From: Alphaproteobacteria bacterium
GTDB taxonomy: Bacteria; Pseudomonadota; Alphaproteobacteria; JAQWUY01
Assembly (NCBI GenBank): GCA_029250225.1
Contig: JAQWUY010000016.1
Location: 79,275 to 143,274 of the forward strand
Direction of reading: 5' to 3'
DNA: 64,000 nucleotides
The notes beneath the pieces were generated by a model, which was not told the DNA's origin, searched no databases, and was given only the letters and a program-made list of their open reading frames with translations. The first letter of the stretch is position 1; each line of letters starts with the position of its first letter. This document shows, piece by piece, positions 1 to 9,697 of the stretch. The translations under genes and the position numbers were made by a program.

Positions 1-865
1 CGTGTTTATTGGTTGTTATGCCAACATTTTCTAGGCCTAGTTCATCGGTAAATGGTTTACGACCGACAGCAATTAGTACTTTATCGCATTCAATTTTTTC
101 TGATTTGTCATCATCACGACCATTTAGTTCAATTGTTGCACCTTTTTTCGTTGCTTTAACACCAACAACTTTGGTTTTTGTTTTTAATTCCATTCCTTGT
201 TTTTTCATTGTTCGAGAAAAGTTTTTAACAATATCACTATCCATCATTGGAATTATGTCATCAGCATATTCAATAACTGTTACTTTTGATCCTAACCTTG
301 CCCAAACAGAGCCAAGTTCTAGGCCGATAACACCACCGCCAATTACAACTAGGTTTTCAGGAACTTTATCTAGTTCTAGTGCGCCGGTAGAAGAAATAAT
401 ATTTTTTTCATCTATTTCTATGTCTGGTAGGCTTGATGGTACTGAACCACTAGCGATTAAAATATTTTTTGCTGTTATTTCTTTTTCACCAGTTGATATT
501 TTTCCATCACCTAGTAATTTTGCTGTTCCTGTAATTTTTTCAACTTTATTTTTTTTGAATAGGAAATCAATACCTTTGCATAAATCACCTATAACTTTAT
601 TTTTTCGTTCTTGCATTTTGCCGATGTCAGCTTTTACATTTTCAGCTATAATTCCGTGCTCCGCAAAATGGTTTTGAGAATCATAAAACTTGTGTGATGA
701 TTGTAATAATGCTTTTGATGGTATACAACCAACATTTAAACAAGTTCCGCCTAGTGTTTCGCGCTTGTCAATACAAGCAACTTTCATACCTAGTTGTCCT
801 GCGCGAATTGCTGATACATAACCACCAGGTCCTGCGCCAATTACTACTAAATCATATTCACTCAT
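1..865 (-). CDS. lpdA: Dihydrolipoyl dehydrogenase (E3), N-terminal part; C-terminus lies beyond the left window edge
   Basis: It is absent from the ORF track because it is open at the window edge. The reverse complement from ATG at 865 reads MSEYDLVVIGAGPGGYVSAIRAGQLGMKVACIDKRETLGGTCLNVGCIPSKALLQSSHK. This contains the FAD GxGxxG motif and the redox-active CLNVGCIPSK disulfide motif. An AAGGAAG RBS lies 7-8 nt upstream. The listed + ORF 9..677 is its antisense shadow. Confidence 0.9.
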   Translation of the reverse strand, partial: MSEYDLVVIGAGPGGYVSAIRAGQLGMKVACIDKRETLGGTCLNVGCIPSKALLQSSHKFYDSQNHFAEHGIIAENVKADIGKMQERKNKVIGDLCKGIDFLFKKNKVEKITGTAKLLGDGKISTGEKEITAKNILIASGSVPSSLPDIEIDEKNIISSTGALELDKVPENLVVIGGGVIGLELGSVWARLGSKVTVIEYADDIIPMMDSDIVKNFSRTMKKQGMELKTKTKVVGVKATKKGATIELNGRDDDKSEKIECDKVLIAVGRKPFTDELGLENVGITTNKH

Positions 866-995
866 TTTTTTACTTCCTTTTACTAATTATAAAATTATAA
901 TAACATATGATTTAATACTAAATCATATTTATATGTTTTCTTAACTGCTAATCTTTTTAAAATATAATATACAAATAGCATAATATATCAATACT

Positions 996-1904
996 TTAAT
1001 TAAATAAAAAACTTAAAGTTAATATTAAGCCGATATATGTATTATATTTAAAAATCTTCAAGCAATTTTTTGGATTATTAATATCAAGTATATAAGTATA
1101 GTAAATTATTAGTGGTATACATATAAATATTGGAATTAATGATATTATTTCACTTGATAGTAGTTTGATGACTATATAAAAGATAATTATAAAGATTGCG
1201 TAAAAAATGGATAGAAATAATTTAGTAAAATTGCCAAATTTTAAAGCGGTAGATTTCACACCTATTAATATGTCGTCGTTTTTATCTTGATGAGCATAAA
1301 TTGTGTCGTACGATAATGTCCAAAATATTCCAGCTATATGAAGTAGTAATGGTATAATTAGATTATCATTTGAAAAAACAAACCAGCCAACCCAAATTCC
1401 CCAATTAAATGTTAAACCGAGCCAAGCTTGTGGATAATAAGTAAATCTTTTCATAAAAGGATAAATTATAACAGGCACAATAGATATTATTGCCACTATT
1501 ATTGAATTGATCGGCAAAAATAATAATATTGTTGCACCGATTGATAATTGTATTATTAAAAAGATAAAAGCTTGTCGTTTTGTTATATCCCCGTTTGCAA
1601 TTGGGCGGGCGAATGTTCGTGCTACTTTTTTATCATATTTAATGTCTGTTATGTCATTCCAAGTGCAACCAGCACCGCGCATAACAATACTTCCAATTAA
1701 AAATAAAATTATGTAAAAAATTATATCTTGGAAAATTATGTTTTTGTTAAGTGCTGAGGCTAGTAATCCCCATAATGTTGGAATCCATAACAACATATAT
1801 CCGGTTGGCCTATCAAATCTAGCTAGAATTAAAAAACGGCGAATCTTCTTTGGTAGTTTATTTATTATTTTATTGTTATGATTAATGTCTGAATTGGTTG
1901 ACAT
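996..1904 (-). CDS. ubiA: 4-hydroxybenzoate polyprenyltransferase (UbiA family)
   Basis: 302-aa polytopic membrane protein. It carries the prenyltransferase Asp-rich motif NDITDIKYDKKVARTFARPI and a second YAHQDKNDD motif. Length is typical of UbiA. Confidence 0.85.
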   Translation of the reverse strand: MSTNSDINHNNKIINKLPKKIRRFLILARFDRPTGYMLLWIPTLWGLLASALNKNIIFQDIIFYIILFLIGSIVMRGAGCTWNDITDIKYDKKVARTFARPIANGDITKRQAFIFLIIQLSIGATILLFLPINSIIVAIISIVPVIIYPFMKRFTYYPQAWLGLTFNWGIWVGWFVFSNDNLIIPLLLHIAGIFWTLSYDTIYAHQDKNDDILIGVKSTALKFGNFTKLFLSIFYAIFIIIFYIVIKLLSSEIISLIPIFICIPLIIYYTYILDINNPKNCLKIFKYNTYIGLILTLSFLFN

Positions 1905-1964
1905 ATTGTTTCCTTAATATATAATTATACAATTAAGAGAATAATTAACATATAGGATTATAAA

Positions 1965-2717
1965 TTGTCTAATAAATTCGTCCCCCGTATATATATTGTT
2001 GGTGAATTATATAAATCAGCTGTTGTGGAGCATAACAAATCTAAGGCACATTATTTACGCAGTGTAATGAGGTTAAATGTTGGTGAACAGGTATTTTTAT
2101 TTAATGAAAATAATGGTGAATATCTAGCTAAAATAAAAACATTATCAAAATCAAATGTTGAGTTTGAGGTTTTAAACTGTGTAAAAAAACCTTACTTTGG
2201 TTATGACATTACATTGTTAAATGCACCTATTCACAAAGATAACTTCCGATTTGTCGTTGAAAAAGGGACAGAGCTTGGAGTTAGAAAATTCCGCCCAGTA
2301 ATAACAGATCGCACAAATGCCCCAAAAGTTAGAATTGATAAAGCTCGCGAACATATAATGGGTTCTGTTGAACAGTGTGAAAGACTAGATATACCTGAAA
2401 TTAATCACGAAGAAAAATTATCTGCTGTAATGCGTCGTTGGGATAAAAATATTCCAATTATTTATTGTTGTGAAAGAGGCGGGGAAAATATTAATGATAT
2501 AACTGCTGAAATAAGTAATAAACCAATTGCAATATTAGTAGGGCCAGAAGGTGGCTTTTCAGATGATGAACACAATTGGTTATCTAAGCAAGAACATATT
2601 TACCCTATTTCATTAGGCCCTAGAATTATGCGCGCTGAAACTGCTAGTATAGCTGTTTTATCTGCTTTGCAGGCAACAGTGGGCGATTGGTGCGATACAA
2701 TAAATTACATAGGTTAA
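1965..2717 (+). CDS. rsmE: 16S rRNA (uracil1498-N3)-methyltransferase RsmE
   Basis: 250 aa with a TTG start. The C-terminal SPOUT motifs GPEGGFSDDE and SLGPRIMRAETA are characteristic of RsmE. Confidence 0.85.
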   Translation: MSNKFVPRIYIVGELYKSAVVEHNKSKAHYLRSVMRLNVGEQVFLFNENNGEYLAKIKTLSKSNVEFEVLNCVKKPYFGYDITLLNAPIHKDNFRFVVEKGTELGVRKFRPVITDRTNAPKVRIDKAREHIMGSVEQCERLDIPEINHEEKLSAVMRRWDKNIPIIYCCERGGENINDITAEISNKPIAILVGPEGGFSDDEHNWLSKQEHIYPISLGPRIMRAETASIAVLSALQATVGDWCDTINYIG

Positions 2718-2719
2718 AT

Positions 2720-4063
2720 ATGGAAAAAAATAAATATATAACCGAAAAAAAGCAATTAATAGATTATTTTTTAAAATCTTGTAAAAAAAAACAAGATTGG
2801 CTTATTGGAACGGAACACGAAAAGTTTTTATTCTGTAAAAAAACCAAAAAAAGGCTGAAATATTCTGGTGAAAAATCAATAAAAACCATACTAGAAAAAT
2901 TACAAAGTGAATATTTTACTCCTATCTCAGAATCCGGAAACATTATCGGATTAAAAGGTAAAAACGGCGATAGTATTACACTTGAACCTGGTGGGCAATT
3001 TGAATTATCCGGCGCTCCGTTAAAAAACATTCATCAAACTTGTAACGAAATTAATAATCATTTAATAACAGTTAGTAAAGTTTGCGATGATATGGAAGTA
3101 ATTACATTGGGAATGGGATACGACCCTGTTAGTAGCGTTGATGAAATTGAATGGATGCCTAAAAAGCGTTATTCATTAATGAAAAAATATATGCCTGCTA
3201 AGGGTAAACTTGGCACAACTATGATGACACTATCTTGTACTGTACAAGTTAATTTGGATTACAGCAGTGAACAAGATATGGTAAAGAAAATGAAAGTGGC
3301 GTTTGCTTTACAACCTCTTGCAACAGCAATATTTGCTAATTCATCAATTATATCTGGTAAAACAAGTGATTATAAATCATATCGTTCTCATTTGTGGAAA
3401 TATACCGACCCAGATAGATGCGGAATACCGGATTTTGTCCTAGATGATGATTTTTCATTTGAAAAATGGGTTGATTATATTTTATCTATACCAATGTATT
3501 TTATTAACCGTGACGGTATTTATCACGATGTTCTTGGCTTGTCTTTTGTTGATTTTATGAACGGAAAGTTAAAGGGCTTTGAAGGGCAGTTTCCAACTAT
3601 TAAAGATTGGGAAGACCACCTTACAGTTGTCTTTACAGAAGTAAGAATGAAAGGCTTTATTGAAATGAGGGGTGCTGATACGGGTGATTGGGATAAGTTA
3701 TGTGCTTTACCGGCATTTTGGGTTGGATTATTATATGACGAAGATACTTTAAATGAAACTTATGAATATTTAAAAAAGTTTAGTAAAGATGATATAATTA
3801 ATGCTAGAAATGATGTTCCGTTGAATGGTTTAAATACTAGTTTTGGAAACAAAACATTACAACAAGTTGGAATTGATATTATTGCTTTATCAAAACAAGG
3901 TCTAAAAAATCGTAATTGCCTAAATGCCAATGGTGACGATGAAACTAAATTTTTAGAAACAATTGAAAAAGTGGTAAAAAATAATAAATCTTTTGCTGAT
4001 ATAAATTCTGAAATTTTAAATAAAAAAGGCATAGATGAAGTTTTTAAAGAGTGTTCATATTGA
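2720..4063 (+). CDS. gshA: Glutamate--cysteine ligase, plant/alphaproteobacterial GCS2 type
   Basis: About 447 aa with GTEHEKF, LEPGGQFELSGAP and TEVRMKGFIEMRGAD blocks typical of the GCS2 family. I moved the start to ATG 2720 (MEKNKY); the track start 2687 overlaps the rsmE tail. Confidence 0.85.
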   Translation: MEKNKYITEKKQLIDYFLKSCKKKQDWLIGTEHEKFLFCKKTKKRLKYSGEKSIKTILEKLQSEYFTPISESGNIIGLKGKNGDSITLEPGGQFELSGAPLKNIHQTCNEINNHLITVSKVCDDMEVITLGMGYDPVSSVDEIEWMPKKRYSLMKKYMPAKGKLGTTMMTLSCTVQVNLDYSSEQDMVKKMKVAFALQPLATAIFANSSIISGKTSDYKSYRSHLWKYTDPDRCGIPDFVLDDDFSFEKWVDYILSIPMYFINRDGIYHDVLGLSFVDFMNGKLKGFEGQFPTIKDWEDHLTVVFTEVRMKGFIEMRGADTGDWDKLCALPAFWVGLLYDEDTLNETYEYLKKFSKDDIINARNDVPLNGLNTSFGNKTLQQVGIDIIALSKQGLKNRNCLNANGDDETKFLETIEKVVKNNKSFADINSEILNKKGIDEVFKECSY

Positions 4064-4155
4064 TAAGTAAAAAATACTTTGAAATACAATATAATATGTG
4101 ATAATTTTATTTTGTTAAGTCTTTTTTAAATTAAACAAAATAGAATGAGGGAAAA

Positions 4156-4464
4156 ATGGTAAGTACAAAAACTAAAAAGACGACTGCTAAAAAATCGGTT
4201 GCTAAGAAAAAAGCTACTAAAAAAGCAGTTGCTAAAAAAAATGATATTAAAACTATAGTTGATCCGAGCGTTATGCCATCGGATGCAACATTGGATGAAA
4301 AAGGTGTTGATCAAAATGCTATGTCATCGGATATGAATTCTGATAAAAAAGATGATCAAAATTCTATGCCATTAGATAAAAAAGTTGAAAAAAAGAACAG
4401 TGGAAATATAATACTAATAATAATTGCTATTGCTTTAGTTGCAATATTCTTTATAATTAAATAA
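4156..4464 (+). CDS. Hypothetical small protein: Lys/Ala-rich basic N-terminus, acidic Ser/Asp middle, C-terminal transmembrane anchor
   Basis: 102 aa. A GAGGG RBS sits about 5 nt upstream of the ATG. The N-terminus TKTKKTTAKKSVAKKKATKKAVAKK resembles histone H1-like tails. The C-terminus IILIIIAIALVAIFFIIK is a single TM helix. No family was recognised. Confidence 0.55.
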   Translation: MVSTKTKKTTAKKSVAKKKATKKAVAKKNDIKTIVDPSVMPSDATLDEKGVDQNAMSSDMNSDKKDDQNSMPLDKKVEKKNSGNIILIIIAIALVAIFFIIK

Positions 4465-4492
4465 TTTTTTAATATATTTTATAGAGGGTTTT

Positions 4493-5878
4493 ATGTATTA
4501 TATATCTACGCGAGGCAAGGCACCAAAATTAAATTTTTCAGATGTTCTTTTAATTGGTCTTGCCGAAGATGGTGGATTATATGTTCCTGAATATCACCCT
4601 CAGATTACTGAATCTGATTTAAGAAGATTTCAGAAAATGGAATATGTTGATATTGCATTTGAAATTATCAAACCTTATGTGGGTGAATGCATACCAGATA
4701 ATGATCTTAAAAGTATGATTAATGATTCTTATTCTGATTTTTCTCATAAAGATGTAGCACCGGTAATCAAAGTAGAAGATAACATTTATGTTTGTGAATT
4801 ATTTCACGGCCCAACCATAGCATTTAAAGATTTTGCTTTGCAATTGTTGGGACGACTTTTTGATTTTGTATTAGCACAAAAAAATCGTAAAATAACAATC
4901 GTTGGGGCGACTTCTGGTGATACGGGTTCTGCTGCGATAGAAGCTTGTAAAAATCGCGAGTCTATAAATATATTTATGTTGCACCCATTGGGGCGAACAT
5001 CTGATGTGCAAAGATTTCAAATGACAACTGTTGATGCGGATAATGTATTTAACATAGCTATAAAAGGTACATTTGATGATTGTCAGGATTTAGTAAAAGA
5101 TTTATTTAATGATAAACCTGTTCGTAAAAAATTGAATTTATCAGCGGTTAATTCGATTAATTGGGCAAGAATAATGGCACAAATTGTATATTATTTTTAC
5201 AGTGCTAGTCGCGTTGGTGTTCCTGATAACAAGGTATCTTTTTGTGTTCCAACTGGTAATTTTGGTAATGTTTTAGCTGGTTATTTTGCAATGAAAATGG
5301 GATTGCCTGTGGATCAATTTATGGTTGCTAGTAATTCCAATGATATTTTAACAAGATTTCTTATTAACAAGGATATGTCAATTAACGGTGTTGTTGAAAC
5401 ACATAGCCCTAGTATGGATATACAAATATCTTCTAATTTTGAAAGACTTGCTTTTGAAAGTACAAACCGCGATGCTGAAAAAATTAATGAAGCTATGGTT
5501 GAATTTCGCAAAACAGGAAAAATGCCGTTACCAGATGGTATGTGGGAAAAAATAAACAAAAAATTCCAAGGTATGTCAATCAATAATGACAAAACTTTAA
5601 AAGCTATTAAAAAATGGAAAGAAGAAAAGGGTATAATATTTGACCCGCATTCAGCAATAGGATTAGAGGCGGGATGTAAAATGAAAACATCTTCACCAGT
5701 TATCGTTATGGCTACTGCACACCCTGCAAAATTCCCTGAGGTGTTAAAAAAAGCTATCGGAGAAAAGGTTGAGGTGCCAGAACATATGTCTGATATTTTT
5801 AAAAAACAAGAAAAATATGATGTACTAGAAAATAATTACGAAGATTTATTAGAATACATTAATAGTCGCTTAAAATAG
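4493..5878 (+). CDS. thrC: Threonine synthase
   Basis: 461 aa with MYYISTRG at the N-terminus, the PLP-lysine block FHGPTIAFKDFALQ and GATSGDTGSAA. It is the long-type ThrC. Confidence 0.92.
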   Translation: MYYISTRGKAPKLNFSDVLLIGLAEDGGLYVPEYHPQITESDLRRFQKMEYVDIAFEIIKPYVGECIPDNDLKSMINDSYSDFSHKDVAPVIKVEDNIYVCELFHGPTIAFKDFALQLLGRLFDFVLAQKNRKITIVGATSGDTGSAAIEACKNRESINIFMLHPLGRTSDVQRFQMTTVDADNVFNIAIKGTFDDCQDLVKDLFNDKPVRKKLNLSAVNSINWARIMAQIVYYFYSASRVGVPDNKVSFCVPTGNFGNVLAGYFAMKMGLPVDQFMVASNSNDILTRFLINKDMSINGVVETHSPSMDIQISSNFERLAFESTNRDAEKINEAMVEFRKTGKMPLPDGMWEKINKKFQGMSINNDKTLKAIKKWKEEKGIIFDPHSAIGLEAGCKMKTSSPVIVMATAHPAKFPEVLKKAIGEKVEVPEHMSDIFKKQEKYDVLENNYEDLLEYINSRLK

Positions 5879-5879
5879 C

Positions 5880-6608
5880 ATGGAATTTAAAAATTTAAAT
5901 AGTTTTTATAAGAATAACTTAGGTAAGTCTGTTGAAAAACTTCTTCAACAAAAGATAAATTCGTATATCGGTAATAAAAATAATAAAGTTATTATGGGTA
6001 TTGGATACACTGAAAAATATCTAAAACATTTTCAAGGTAATAAATGTGTAACCTTATCACTAATCCCAAGCTTTATTGATAATTTTCATTGTAATAAAAA
6101 TAACATAAATGTTGTTTGTGAAGAAGATCATTTACCAATTTCAAACGATAGTTGTGATGTCTTTTTATTATTACATTGCCTAGAACACACAAGCAGTCCG
6201 TGGGGATTAATGGCTGAAATAAACCGCATTTTACCAAGTGGTGGTAGAATAATAGTTGTTGTTCCAAATCGTGTTGGTTTGTGGGCAAGAAGATCTAATA
6301 ATCCTTTTGGTAGTGGTCGTTCATATACAAAAGGGCAATTAAAAAAACTTTTAAATAGCACAGGTTTTTTTGAATTAAAAATAGATTATAATATCTATTA
6401 TCCACCGATTAATAATTTTTTTAATAACAAATTATTTAGTTTGTGTGAAAAGTTTTTAAAATATATTTTACGAGAAAATAGCGGTGTAATAATAGGTGTA
6501 TATGAAAAAAGAGTACGCAAAAGAGCAAAAGCTAAAAAAAGACTGTTTAAAATGCCTTTATTAAAGCCAAATATTGCATTAAATAAAGACTATATTATTA
6601 AGAATTAA
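5880..6608 (+). CDS. Class I SAM-dependent methyltransferase (Methyltransf_11-like)
   Basis: 242 aa. CDVFLLLHCLEHTSSPWGLMAEINRILPSGGRIIVVVPN matches the post-motif-I/II region of type 11 methyltransferases. It starts 1 nt after the thrC stop. Confidence 0.6.
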   Translation: MEFKNLNSFYKNNLGKSVEKLLQQKINSYIGNKNNKVIMGIGYTEKYLKHFQGNKCVTLSLIPSFIDNFHCNKNNINVVCEEDHLPISNDSCDVFLLLHCLEHTSSPWGLMAEINRILPSGGRIIVVVPNRVGLWARRSNNPFGSGRSYTKGQLKKLLNSTGFFELKIDYNIYYPPINNFFNNKLFSLCEKFLKYILRENSGVIIGVYEKRVRKRAKAKKRLFKMPLLKPNIALNKDYIIKN

Positions 6609-6609
6609 C

Positions 6610-7872
6610 TTATTTTTTTACACGAATTTTTGAGATTTGTTGATTTTCTATCTTAGCAATTATAAATTCATAATCGTCAAAATTATAAACCTGTCCTTCG
6701 GTTGGTAAGTTTTCTGATCTATGGATTATGTATCCGGCTATTGTGCTTGATTGTTCATCATCAATATTCCAATCTAGTTCTCTATTTATATTTCGTATAC
6801 TTTCGTTACCATCAAATAAATATGAACCGTCTGATAATGAGCGTAAATTAGGTTGGTTTTCTTGGTTGTGAACATCGCCTACAATATGTTCAAATACATC
6901 AGTTATCGTAATAATACCCATATATGAACCATATTCATCAACAACGATTGCAAAGTGATTTCCTTTATCGCGAAATACTTGTAATTGGTCTAACATAGAA
7001 GTGCTTTCAGGAACGAACCAAGCCTTTTCCATAATTTTTTTAAGATTTAAAGGCTTCTTTTTTTTATTATAGCGATAAATTTGTTTGATTAAATTGTTTT
7101 GTGTAATTACCCCAACGATATTTTCACTTCCATTAGTAACAGGAAATTTTTCAAAAGAATGATTAATAAATGTTTCGACTATTTTATCTGGACTAGCATT
7201 AATATCAATTGTAACTACATTCTTACGGTGTGTTATTGCCTCTTCTATTGATGTGTCATCAAGGTCAAGAACAGAGCGAAGCATTTCGCGTTCTTGCTTA
7301 TAATCTGGATCATCGCCATCGTGCAATTCAATTGCTCCTCGTAATTCTTCTTCTTGTGTTTTACTGTCGTGAGGATTTTGATTAACATTAAATTGCAATA
7401 ATATTTTATTTACAATAAATATTACCCCTTTATTTAAAGGCGATAGAATTAATATTATATAATTAATTATTGGTGCAACTGCCATTGCCATTCTATCAGA
7501 GTTACTCATTGCGTATACTTTTGGCAATACTTCTGCAAATATAACAATTAATGTGGTCATTACAATTGTTGTTATAAATACACCATTTTCACCCATTAAT
7601 GACAAGAATAAAGTAGTTGCAAGTGAAGATGCTAGAATATTAACAAAATTATTTGCTAGTAATAATCCACCTATTAAGTTGTCTCGTTCTGATAACAAGA
7701 ATAAAACTTTTGTAGCTTTTTTATTCCCTTTTTTACTTAATTGGACTAACCTTGCTTTACTTGAAGCAGTCATAGCTGTTTCTGTTCCAGAAAAGAAACC
7801 TGATATTCCGATTAATAATAAAATTGTTATTGCTATTAAAATAATGTTAATTTCCATTATGCATTTTCCCAA
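6610..7872 (-). CDS. CNNM/TlyC-family membrane protein (DUF21 + CBS pair + CorC_HlyC)
   Basis: 420 aa. The N-terminal TM region carries GFFSGTETA, followed by a central CBS pair and a C-terminal CorC/HlyC-like domain. The likelier start is ATG 7857 (MEINIIL), which forms a TAATG overlap with the aroB stop. Confidence 0.85.
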   Translation of the reverse strand: MGKCIMEINIILIAITILLLIGISGFFSGTETAMTASSKARLVQLSKKGNKKATKVLFLLSERDNLIGGLLLANNFVNILASSLATTLFLSLMGENGVFITTIVMTTLIVIFAEVLPKVYAMSNSDRMAMAVAPIINYIILILSPLNKGVIFIVNKILLQFNVNQNPHDSKTQEEELRGAIELHDGDDPDYKQEREMLRSVLDLDDTSIEEAITHRKNVVTIDINASPDKIVETFINHSFEKFPVTNGSENIVGVITQNNLIKQIYRYNKKKKPLNLKKIMEKAWFVPESTSMLDQLQVFRDKGNHFAIVVDEYGSYMGIITITDVFEHIVGDVHNQENQPNLRSLSDGSYLFDGNESIRNINRELDWNIDDEQSSTIAGYIIHRSENLPTEGQVYNFDDYEFIIAKIENQQISKIRVKK

Positions 7873-8948
7873 ATAAATTGAATGTCATTCACGTTAAAAT
7901 CAGATGTTGTATAAGCATCGCCGATATTATTAGGTAAAACTAGTTTTAATTTACCATTTTCTACTTTTTTATCTTTATACATATATTCGAGTAACTTATT
8001 TTTGTCAAAATTAATACCCAAATCTGATAATTTAGTTGGTAGTTTTGCTAATTTAAAAATTTGTATGACTTGCTCTAAGTCTTGATCATTAGCTGTTTTT
8101 TTTATTACTCCAACGCGATATGCTAGAACCATTCCAATTGATATTGCCTCACCGTGTAAAATTGTTCCATCATAATTACAATACTTTTCAATAGCATGCC
8201 CGAATGTATGGCCTAGATTTAACAATGCTCTTACACCTTTTTCTTTTTCATCTTTTGAAACTAGGTCTGCTTTGATTTTACAACTTGTTTTTATAATTTC
8301 AATAAAATCATCATCTTGAATATCATCAATTACCGTATTTAAATAATCAAAAAATTTTCTATCTTTGATTAAACCATATTTTATTACTTCGGCTAAACCT
8401 GCTGACAATTCACGACTTGGCAATGTTTTTAACACATCTATATCTGAAATTACCATTGATGGCTGGTAAAATGCTCCTATTAGGTTTTTCCCGTAATCTG
8501 AATTAATGCCTGTTTTTCCGCCTATTGAACTATCAACTTGTGATAATAATGTAGTTGGAATTTGAATAAATTTTATACCTCTTAATAATGAAGATGCAAC
8601 AAATCCACCTAAATCACCCACTACACCGCCACCTAATGCTATTAGTGTTGTTTTTCTTTCGATGCCTTGTTCTAAAATATCTTCAATTAATTTCGAATAT
8701 GTTTCTAGAGATTTTGAATTCTCGCCACCATCAATAATATGTAATCTTGGGTTGATACCATTATCTTCTAGGCTTTTTTTTACGATTGGTAAATGTATTT
8801 CTTCGACATTTTTATCTGTAATAATAATTGCATAATTAAGATCAGTAAATGACTTAATTTTTTCACCTATATTGCTTAATAGGTTTTTTCCTATAAATAC
8901 AGGATAGCTGTTTTTTCCTAATTCAACACTTAGTTCTATGTTATTCAT
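7857..8948 (-). CDS. aroB: 3-dehydroquinate synthase
   Basis: 363 aa with the NAD-binding GGGVVGDLGGF motif and metal ligands in the LNLGHTFGHAIE and HGEAISIGM blocks. It overlaps the aroK stop by 8 nt. Confidence 0.93.
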   Translation of the reverse strand: MNNIELSVELGKNSYPVFIGKNLLSNIGEKIKSFTDLNYAIIITDKNVEEIHLPIVKKSLEDNGINPRLHIIDGGENSKSLETYSKLIEDILEQGIERKTTLIALGGGVVGDLGGFVASSLLRGIKFIQIPTTLLSQVDSSIGGKTGINSDYGKNLIGAFYQPSMVISDIDVLKTLPSRELSAGLAEVIKYGLIKDRKFFDYLNTVIDDIQDDDFIEIIKTSCKIKADLVSKDEKEKGVRALLNLGHTFGHAIEKYCNYDGTILHGEAISIGMVLAYRVGVIKKTANDQDLEQVIQIFKLAKLPTKLSDLGINFDKNKLLEYMYKDKKVENGKLKLVLPNNIGDAYTTSDFNVNDIQFIWENA

Positions 8949-9465
8949 ATTTTCTTAGTTTTCTTATTATTAATTTTGCCATCGCAATCGGGCTGTTTGT
9001 ATCATTATAATCTATATTTAAATCAGCCTTGTTATATATATCGTACCTTTTTTTGAATATAATTTCTAATTCTTTTTTCGCACCTTCCCCTTTTAACAAA
9101 GGACGGTGTTTTTTACCTTGTATTCTTTGCCATAAAGTATCTAGTTTAACATTTATAAATACAGAAATACTTTTTTGTTTAATTATTTTATTTGTATTGG
9201 TATTTACAAAAGAACCACCACCTGTTGCTAGTACACATTTTTTACCATTTAGTATTCTTTTAATAACTTTTGTTTCACCTTCGCGAAAATGTTCTTCACC
9301 AAAATCTTCGAATATATCAATAATATCTCTGCCTGCGGATTTTTTAATTTCTAGGTCTGAATCGATAAAAGGTAAGCCGGTTAATTTTGCAATTTCTCGG
9401 CCTATGCAAGTTTTTCCTGCACCGGGCATTCCAACAAGACTTATCGATTTATTGATTTTTAACAT
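8941..9465 (-). CDS. aroK: Shikimate kinase
   Basis: 174 aa with P-loop GMPGAGKT, FIDSD and ATGGG motifs. Confidence 0.9.
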   Translation of the reverse strand: MLKINKSISLVGMPGAGKTCIGREIAKLTGLPFIDSDLEIKKSAGRDIIDIFEDFGEEHFREGETKVIKRILNGKKCVLATGGGSFVNTNTNKIIKQKSISVFINVKLDTLWQRIQGKKHRPLLKGEGAKKELEIIFKKRYDIYNKADLNIDYNDTNSPIAMAKLIIRKLRKYE

Positions 9466-9570
9466 AATATTATTATAATAGAAAATTTTTTTTTTTCTAA
9501 TAAAATCTTTTATTTTTAATTAATTAAGGTTATGATTAATTATGATGTATGTGTAATAAGGAAATATATT

Positions 9571-9687
9571 ATGTTTAAAATGTTTTTGTTGTTGTTATGC
9601 CTAGCTTTATCCGCTTTTGTCTATATTGGATTACAAGATACCCCAATAGAACAAGAGCAAATTGTAAAAATTTTAAATATCGATTAA
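9571..9687 (+). CDS. Possible 38-aa small membrane/secreted peptide
   Basis: ATG..TAA reads MFKMFLLLLCLALSAFVYIGLQDTPIEQEQIVKILNID, with one hydrophobic helix. It lies just upstream of the 654-aa secreted protein. It is below the ORF-track length cutoff and has no homology support. Confidence 0.25.
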   Translation: MFKMFLLLLCLALSAFVYIGLQDTPIEQEQIVKILNID

Positions 9688-9697
9688 ATAAGATAAT

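Noticed and set aside
9-677. Long + strand ORF (222 aa) at the left edge. Similar long antisense ORFs occur at 53291..54073, 33787..34164, 40705..41064, 43689..44012 and 44184..44543.
   Set aside because: Each lies exactly opposite a gene with strong family motifs (lpd, purD/purN, the PKS-NRPS, the SLC13 permease, guaB). Their translations are low-complexity and Ser/Ile/Phe/Pro-rich, with no motif. They are shadow ORFs.
905-928. Perfect 10-bp inverted repeat ATATGATTTA-ATAC-TAAATCATAT between ubiA and lpd.
   Set aside because: The stem has a single G-C pair and no clear T-tract, so it is weak as a terminator. It could be an operator, but one isolated AT palindrome in AT-rich DNA is not enough evidence.
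9551-9582. A dif-like string near xerD: ..TAATAAGGAAATATATTATGTTTAAAAT.. resembles the XerD arm TTATGTTAAAT of E. coli dif.
   Set aside because: The XerD-arm match is broken by an extra T, and the XerC arm and spacer do not match. The string coincides with the start of a small ORF, and such A/T strings are expected by chance. The terminus also need not be near xerD.
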